From Escherichia phage JoYop, in sequence record OR769032.1: a DNA stretch of 64,000 bases; one strand, given 5' to 3'. The notes under the pieces were generated by a model, which had not been told where the DNA came from, did no database searches, and worked only from the letters and a program-made list of their open reading frames with translations. Of the stretch, positions 58,359 through 64,000 are shown in pieces (the stretch's first letter is position 1; the number at the start of each line of letters is the position of its first letter). A program made the translations under genes and the position numbers.

Positions 58359-59938
58359 GTAATAATACATATCAACACGTTTCTAATGAATCTCGTTATG
58401 TAAAATTTGATCCAACCGGTACAAATTTTCCAGAAGAGATTACTAATGTTCAGGCTGCTATAGCAGCCATTTCTCCTGCTGGTGTAAATGGAGTTCCTGA
58501 TGCATCGTCAACAACAAAGGGAATTTTATTTCTTGCCACTGAACAGGAAGTTATCGATGGAACCGATAATACCAAAGCAGTTACACCAGCAACGCTGGCA
58601 ACAAGATTATCTTATCCAAACGCAACTGAAACTGTTTATGGATTAACACGATATTCAACTGACGAAGAAGCAATTGCTGGAGCTAATAATGAATCTTCTA
58701 TAACTCCTGCTAAATTTACCGTCGCCCTTAATAATGCCTTTGAAACTCGTGTTTCAACTGAATCATCAAATGGAGTTATTAAAATTTCATCTTTACCGCA
58801 AGCATTAGCTGGCGCAGATGATACGACTGCAATGACTCCATTAAAAACTCAACAGTTAGCTATTAAACTAATTGCGCAAATTGCTCCTTCTGAAACTGCA
58901 GCTACCGAATCGGCCCAAGGCGTTGTTCAATTAGCAACAGTAGCGCAAGTTCGTCAAGGAACTTTAAGAGAAGGCTATGCGATTTCTCCTTATACGTTTA
59001 TGAATTCTACTGCTACTGAAGAGTATAAAGGTGTAATTAAATTAGGAACACAGTCAGAAGTTAACTCGAATAATGCTTCAGTTGCAGTTACTGGCGCAAC
59101 TCTTAATGGCCGTGGTTCTACAACGTCAATGAGAGGCGTAGTTAAATTAACTACAACTGCCGGTTCACAAAGCGGAGGTGATGCTTCATCAGCACTAGCT
59201 TGGAATGCTGACGTTATTCACCAAAGAGGTGGTCAAACGATTAATGGAACACTCCGCATTAATAATACGCTCACAATAGCTTCAGGTGGAGCAAATATTA
59301 CCGGCACAGTTAATATGACTGGTGGTTATATTCAAGGTAAGCGTGTTGTAACGCAAAATGAAATTGATAGAACTATTCCTGTCGGAGCTATTATGATGTG
59401 GGCGGCCGATAGCCTTCCTAGTGATGCTTGGCGATTCTGTCATGGTGGAACTGTTTCAGCTTCAGATTGTCCATTATATGCTTCTAGAATTGGAACAAGA
59501 TATGGCGGAAGTTCATCAAATCCCGGATTGCCTGACATGCGTGGTCTTTTTGTTCGTGGCTCTGGTCGTGGCTCTCACTTAACGAATCCAAATGTTAATG
59601 GTAATGACCAATTTGGTAAGCCTAGATTAGGTGTAGGTTGTACCGGTGGATATGTCGGTGAAGTACAAAAACAGCAGATGTCTTATCATAAACATGCGGG
59701 CGGGTTTGGCGAGCATGATGATGCAGGAGCATTCGGTAATACTCGTAGATCAAATTTTGTTGGTACACGTAAAGGACTTGACTGGGATAACCGTTCATAC
59801 TTCACCAATGATGGATATGAAATTGACCCAGCATCACAACGAAATTCCAAATATACATTAAATCGTCCCGAATTAATTGGAAATGAAACACGTCCATGGA
59901 ACATTTCTTTAAACTACATTATTAAGGTAAAAGAATGA
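58355..59938 (+). CDS. 12: Short tail fiber protein gp12
   Basis: 527 aa; size and order match T4 gp12. Confidence 0.85.
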   Translation: MSNNTYQHVSNESRYVKFDPTGTNFPEEITNVQAAIAAISPAGVNGVPDASSTTKGILFLATEQEVIDGTDNTKAVTPATLATRLSYPNATETVYGLTRYSTDEEAIAGANNESSITPAKFTVALNNAFETRVSTESSNGVIKISSLPQALAGADDTTAMTPLKTQQLAIKLIAQIAPSETAATESAQGVVQLATVAQVRQGTLREGYAISPYTFMNSTATEEYKGVIKLGTQSEVNSNNASVAVTGATLNGRGSTTSMRGVVKLTTTAGSQSGGDASSALAWNADVIHQRGGQTINGTLRINNTLTIASGGANITGTVNMTGGYIQGKRVVTQNEIDRTIPVGAIMMWAADSLPSDAWRFCHGGTVSASDCPLYASRIGTRYGGSSSNPGLPDMRGLFVRGSGRGSHLTNPNVNGNDQFGKPRLGVGCTGGYVGEVQKQQMSYHKHAGGFGEHDDAGAFGNTRRSNFVGTRKGLDWDNRSYFTNDGYEIDPASQRNSKYTLNRPELIGNETRPWNISLNYIIKVKE

Positions 59939-61398
59939 CAGATATTGTACTGAATGACTTACCATTCGTTGACGGCCCTCCTGCAGAGGGCCAGAGCCGC
60001 ATTTCCTGGATTAAAAACGGCGAAGAAATTTTAGGAGCTGACACACAGTATGGAAGTGAAGGTTCAATGAATAGACCTACAGTTTCCGTACTAAGAAATG
60101 TTGAAGTTCTCGATAAAAACATTGGAATACTTAAAACATCTTTAGAAACCGCAAATAGTGATATTAAAACAATTCAGGGCGTCTTAGATGTATCTGGTGA
60201 TATTGAAGCTTTGGCTCAAATAAGTATCAATAAAAAGGATATTTCTGACCTTAAAACGCTAACCAGTGAACATACGGAAATATTAAATGGAACTAATAGT
60301 ACGGTTGACAGCATTCTTGCTGATATTGGTCCATTTAACTCCGAAGCCAACTCTGTATATAGAACGATCAGAAATGATTTATTGTGGATTAAACGTGAAT
60401 TAGGTCAATATACAGGTCAAGATATTAATGGTCTTCCTGTTGTAGGAAATCCTAGCACAGGAATGAAGCATCGCATTATTAATAATACCGATGTCATTAC
60501 TTCACAGGGAATACGTTTAAGCGAATTAGAAACAAAATTTATTGAATCTGATGTAGGTTCTTTAACTATTGAAGTCGGTAATCTTCGCGAAGAACTTGGA
60601 CCTAGACCTCCATCATTTTCCCAAACTGTTTATAGTCGTTTAAATGAAATTGACACTAAACAGACAACAGTTGAGTCTGACATTAGTGCTATTAAGACCT
60701 CAATAGGATATCCAGGAAATAATTCGATTATCACAAGCGTTAATACAAACACTGATAATATTGCATCTATTAATTTAGAGTTAAATCAAAGTGGAGGTAT
60801 TAAACAACGTTTAACCGCTATTGAAACATCTATTGGTTCAGATGATATTCCTTCGAGTATTAAAGGCCAAATCAAAGATAATACAACTTCAATCGAAGCT
60901 CTAAACGGAATTGTAGGTGAAAACACTTCATCTGGTTTAAGAGCGAATGTTTCATGGTTAAACCAAATTGTTGGAACTGATTCTAGTGGTGGACAACCGT
61001 CTCCTCCTGGGTCTCTTTTAAACCGAGTTTCTACAATTGAAACTTCTGTTTCAAGCTTGAATAACGATGTTCAAAACCTACAGGTAGAAATTGGTAATAA
61101 TAGCACAGGAATTAAAGGGCAAGTTGTAGCGTTAAATACTTTAGTAAATGGAACTAACCCAAATGGTTCAACTGTCGAAGAACGCGGATTAACCAATTCA
61201 ATAAAAGCTAATGAAACCAACATTGCATCAGTTACACAAGAAGTGAATACCGCTAAAGGTAGTATATCTTCTCTGCAAGGTGATGTTCAAGCTCTCCAAG
61301 AAGCAGGTTATATTCCTGAAGCTCCAAAAGATGGTCAAGCTTACGTTCGTAAAGACGGCGAATGGGTATTACTTTCTACCTTTTTATCACCAGCATAA
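59935..61398 (+). CDS. wac: Fibritin (whisker antigen control)
   Basis: 487 aa coiled-coil protein ending in the foldon [30 protein letters not shown]. Confidence 0.95.
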   Translation: MTDIVLNDLPFVDGPPAEGQSRISWIKNGEEILGADTQYGSEGSMNRPTVSVLRNVEVLDKNIGILKTSLETANSDIKTIQGVLDVSGDIEALAQISINKKDISDLKTLTSEHTEILNGTNSTVDSILADIGPFNSEANSVYRTIRNDLLWIKRELGQYTGQDINGLPVVGNPSTGMKHRIINNTDVITSQGIRLSELETKFIESDVGSLTIEVGNLREELGPRPPSFSQTVYSRLNEIDTKQTTVESDISAIKTSIGYPGNNSIITSVNTNTDNIASINLELNQSGGIKQRLTAIETSIGSDDIPSSIKGQIKDNTTSIEALNGIVGENTSSGLRANVSWLNQIVGTDSSGGQPSPPGSLLNRVSTIETSVSSLNNDVQNLQVEIGNNSTGIKGQVVALNTLVNGTNPNGSTVEERGLTNSIKANETNIASVTQEVNTAKGSISSLQGDVQALQEAGYIPEAPKDGQAYVRKDGEWVLLSTFLSPA

Positions 61399-61401
61399 CA
61401 T

Positions 61402-61417
61402 GGGGCCGCAAGGCCCC
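61402..61417 (+). terminator. terminator-like hairpin after wac
   Basis: GGGGCC-GCAA-GGCCCC immediately after wac stop. Confidence 0.45.
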
Positions 61418-61430
61418 AAAGGATTTTTAA

Positions 61431-63132
<1,702 letters not shown>

Positions 63133-63173
63133 TAAATATTATAAACTAATTAAAGCCCAGATTAGGAGAAATC

Positions 63174-63992
63174 ATGTTTGGTTATTTTTATAATTCGTCT
63201 TTTAGACGATATGCTACCTTGATGGGCGATTTGTTTTCAAATATCCAAATCAAGCGTCAGTTAGAATCTGGTGATAAGTTTATACGTGTTCCTATTACAT
63301 ATGCATCAAAGGAACACTTTATGATGAAATTAAATAAATGGACATCAATAAACTCGCAAGAAGACGTAGCCAAGGTTGAAACTATTCTACCTCGTATAAA
63401 TTTGCATTTAGTTGATTTTAGCTATAACGCTCCATTTAAAACTAACATTTTAAATCAGAATTTACTGCAAAAAGGCGCAACTTCTGTAGTATCACAGTAT
63501 AATCCATCTCCTATTAAAATGATTTATGAATTGAGTATTTTTACTCGCTATGAAGATGATATGTTTCAAATAGTTGAACAGATTCTTCCATATTTTCAAC
63601 CTCATTTTAATACGACAATGTATGAACAATTTGGAAATGATATTCCATTTAAAAGGGATATCAAAATTGTACTGATGTCTGCTGCTATAGATGAAACTAT
63701 AGATGGGGACAATTTATCTCGTCGTCGAATTGAATGGTCATTAACATTTGAAGTAAATGGCTGGATGTATCCTCCAGTAGATGATGCAGAAGGATTAATT
63801 CGTACTACTTATACAGATTTTCATGCTAACACCAGAGATTTACCCAATGGTGAAGGTGTTTTTGAATCTGTTGATAATGAAGTTGTTCCTCGAGATATTG
63901 ACCCAGAAGACTGGGATGGAACAGTAAAACAAACTTTCACTAGTAATGTAAATAGACCAACACCGCCAGAACCTCCTGGCCCAAGAACATAG
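63174..63992 (+). CDS. 15: Tail sheath stabilizer / tail terminator gp15
   Basis: 272 aa; size and order match T4 gp15. Confidence 0.85.
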   Translation: MFGYFYNSSFRRYATLMGDLFSNIQIKRQLESGDKFIRVPITYASKEHFMMKLNKWTSINSQEDVAKVETILPRINLHLVDFSYNAPFKTNILNQNLLQKGATSVVSQYNPSPIKMIYELSIFTRYEDDMFQIVEQILPYFQPHFNTTMYEQFGNDIPFKRDIKIVLMSAAIDETIDGDNLSRRRIEWSLTFEVNGWMYPPVDDAEGLIRTTYTDFHANTRDLPNGEGVFESVDNEVVPRDIDPEDWDGTVKQTFTSNVNRPTPPEPPGPRT

Positions 63993-64000
63993 AGGTTATT

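Noticed and set aside
46043-59904. Minus-strand ORFs inside the plus-strand baseplate genes (e.g. 46043-46273, 46579-46788, 52694-53053, 54310-54645, 57249-57542, 59686-59904)
   Set aside because: Embedded antisense within long, confidently identified structural genes; no independent support.

Overview
This window reads as a contiguous segment of a T4-like (T-even) myovirus genome, running from the 5' part of gene 45 to the end of gene 15. Positions 1-45706 are almost entirely minus-strand early/middle genes; positions 45754-63992 are plus-strand late baseplate, neck and tail genes. Identified minus-strand genes include 45, rpbA, 46, 47, a-gt, 55, nrdH, nrdG, nrdD, 49, nrdC, rI, tk, regB, a GrcA-like gene, ipII, ipIII, denV, e, nudE, a 9-tRNA cluster, ipI, 57B (Acb1), 57A, 1, 3, 2 and 4. 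Plus-strand genes are 53, 5, 5.1, 5.4, 6, 7, 8, 9, 10, 11, 12, wac, 13, 14 and 15. Several proteins look identical or nearly so to T4 from memory (gp45 N-terminus, NrdC, RegB, rI), while the lysozyme and the tRNA complement differ, so this is probably a close T4 relative rather than T4 itself. No CRISPR array, integrase or bacterial housekeeping genes were seen. The most interesting material is accessory: (1) four tandem paralog-like genes sharing a C-terminal coiled coil, (2) an adjacent P-loop ATPase and nucleotidyltransferase-fold pair, (3) a macro-domain-like protein, (4) six capsid-targeting-sequence internal-protein genes versus three in T4, (5) a tRNA cluster with Tyr and Asn but no Gln, abutted by an HNH homing endonuclease, (6) four tandem genes with a shared C-terminal motif at overlapping junctions, and (7) a PspA-like coiled-coil protein. 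Fifteen copies of a T4-type early promoter (GTTTAC -35, TGG-extended -10) explain the conspicuous repeated 20-30-nt motif. Limits: all assignments rest on reading the sequence and recalled family signatures; no database search or structure prediction was run. The ORF track uses non-ATG starts in places, so many starts were re-set to the nearest ATG with a Shine-Dalgarno and remain provisional. Coordinates of tRNAs, promoters and terminators are approximate to within 1-2 nt.
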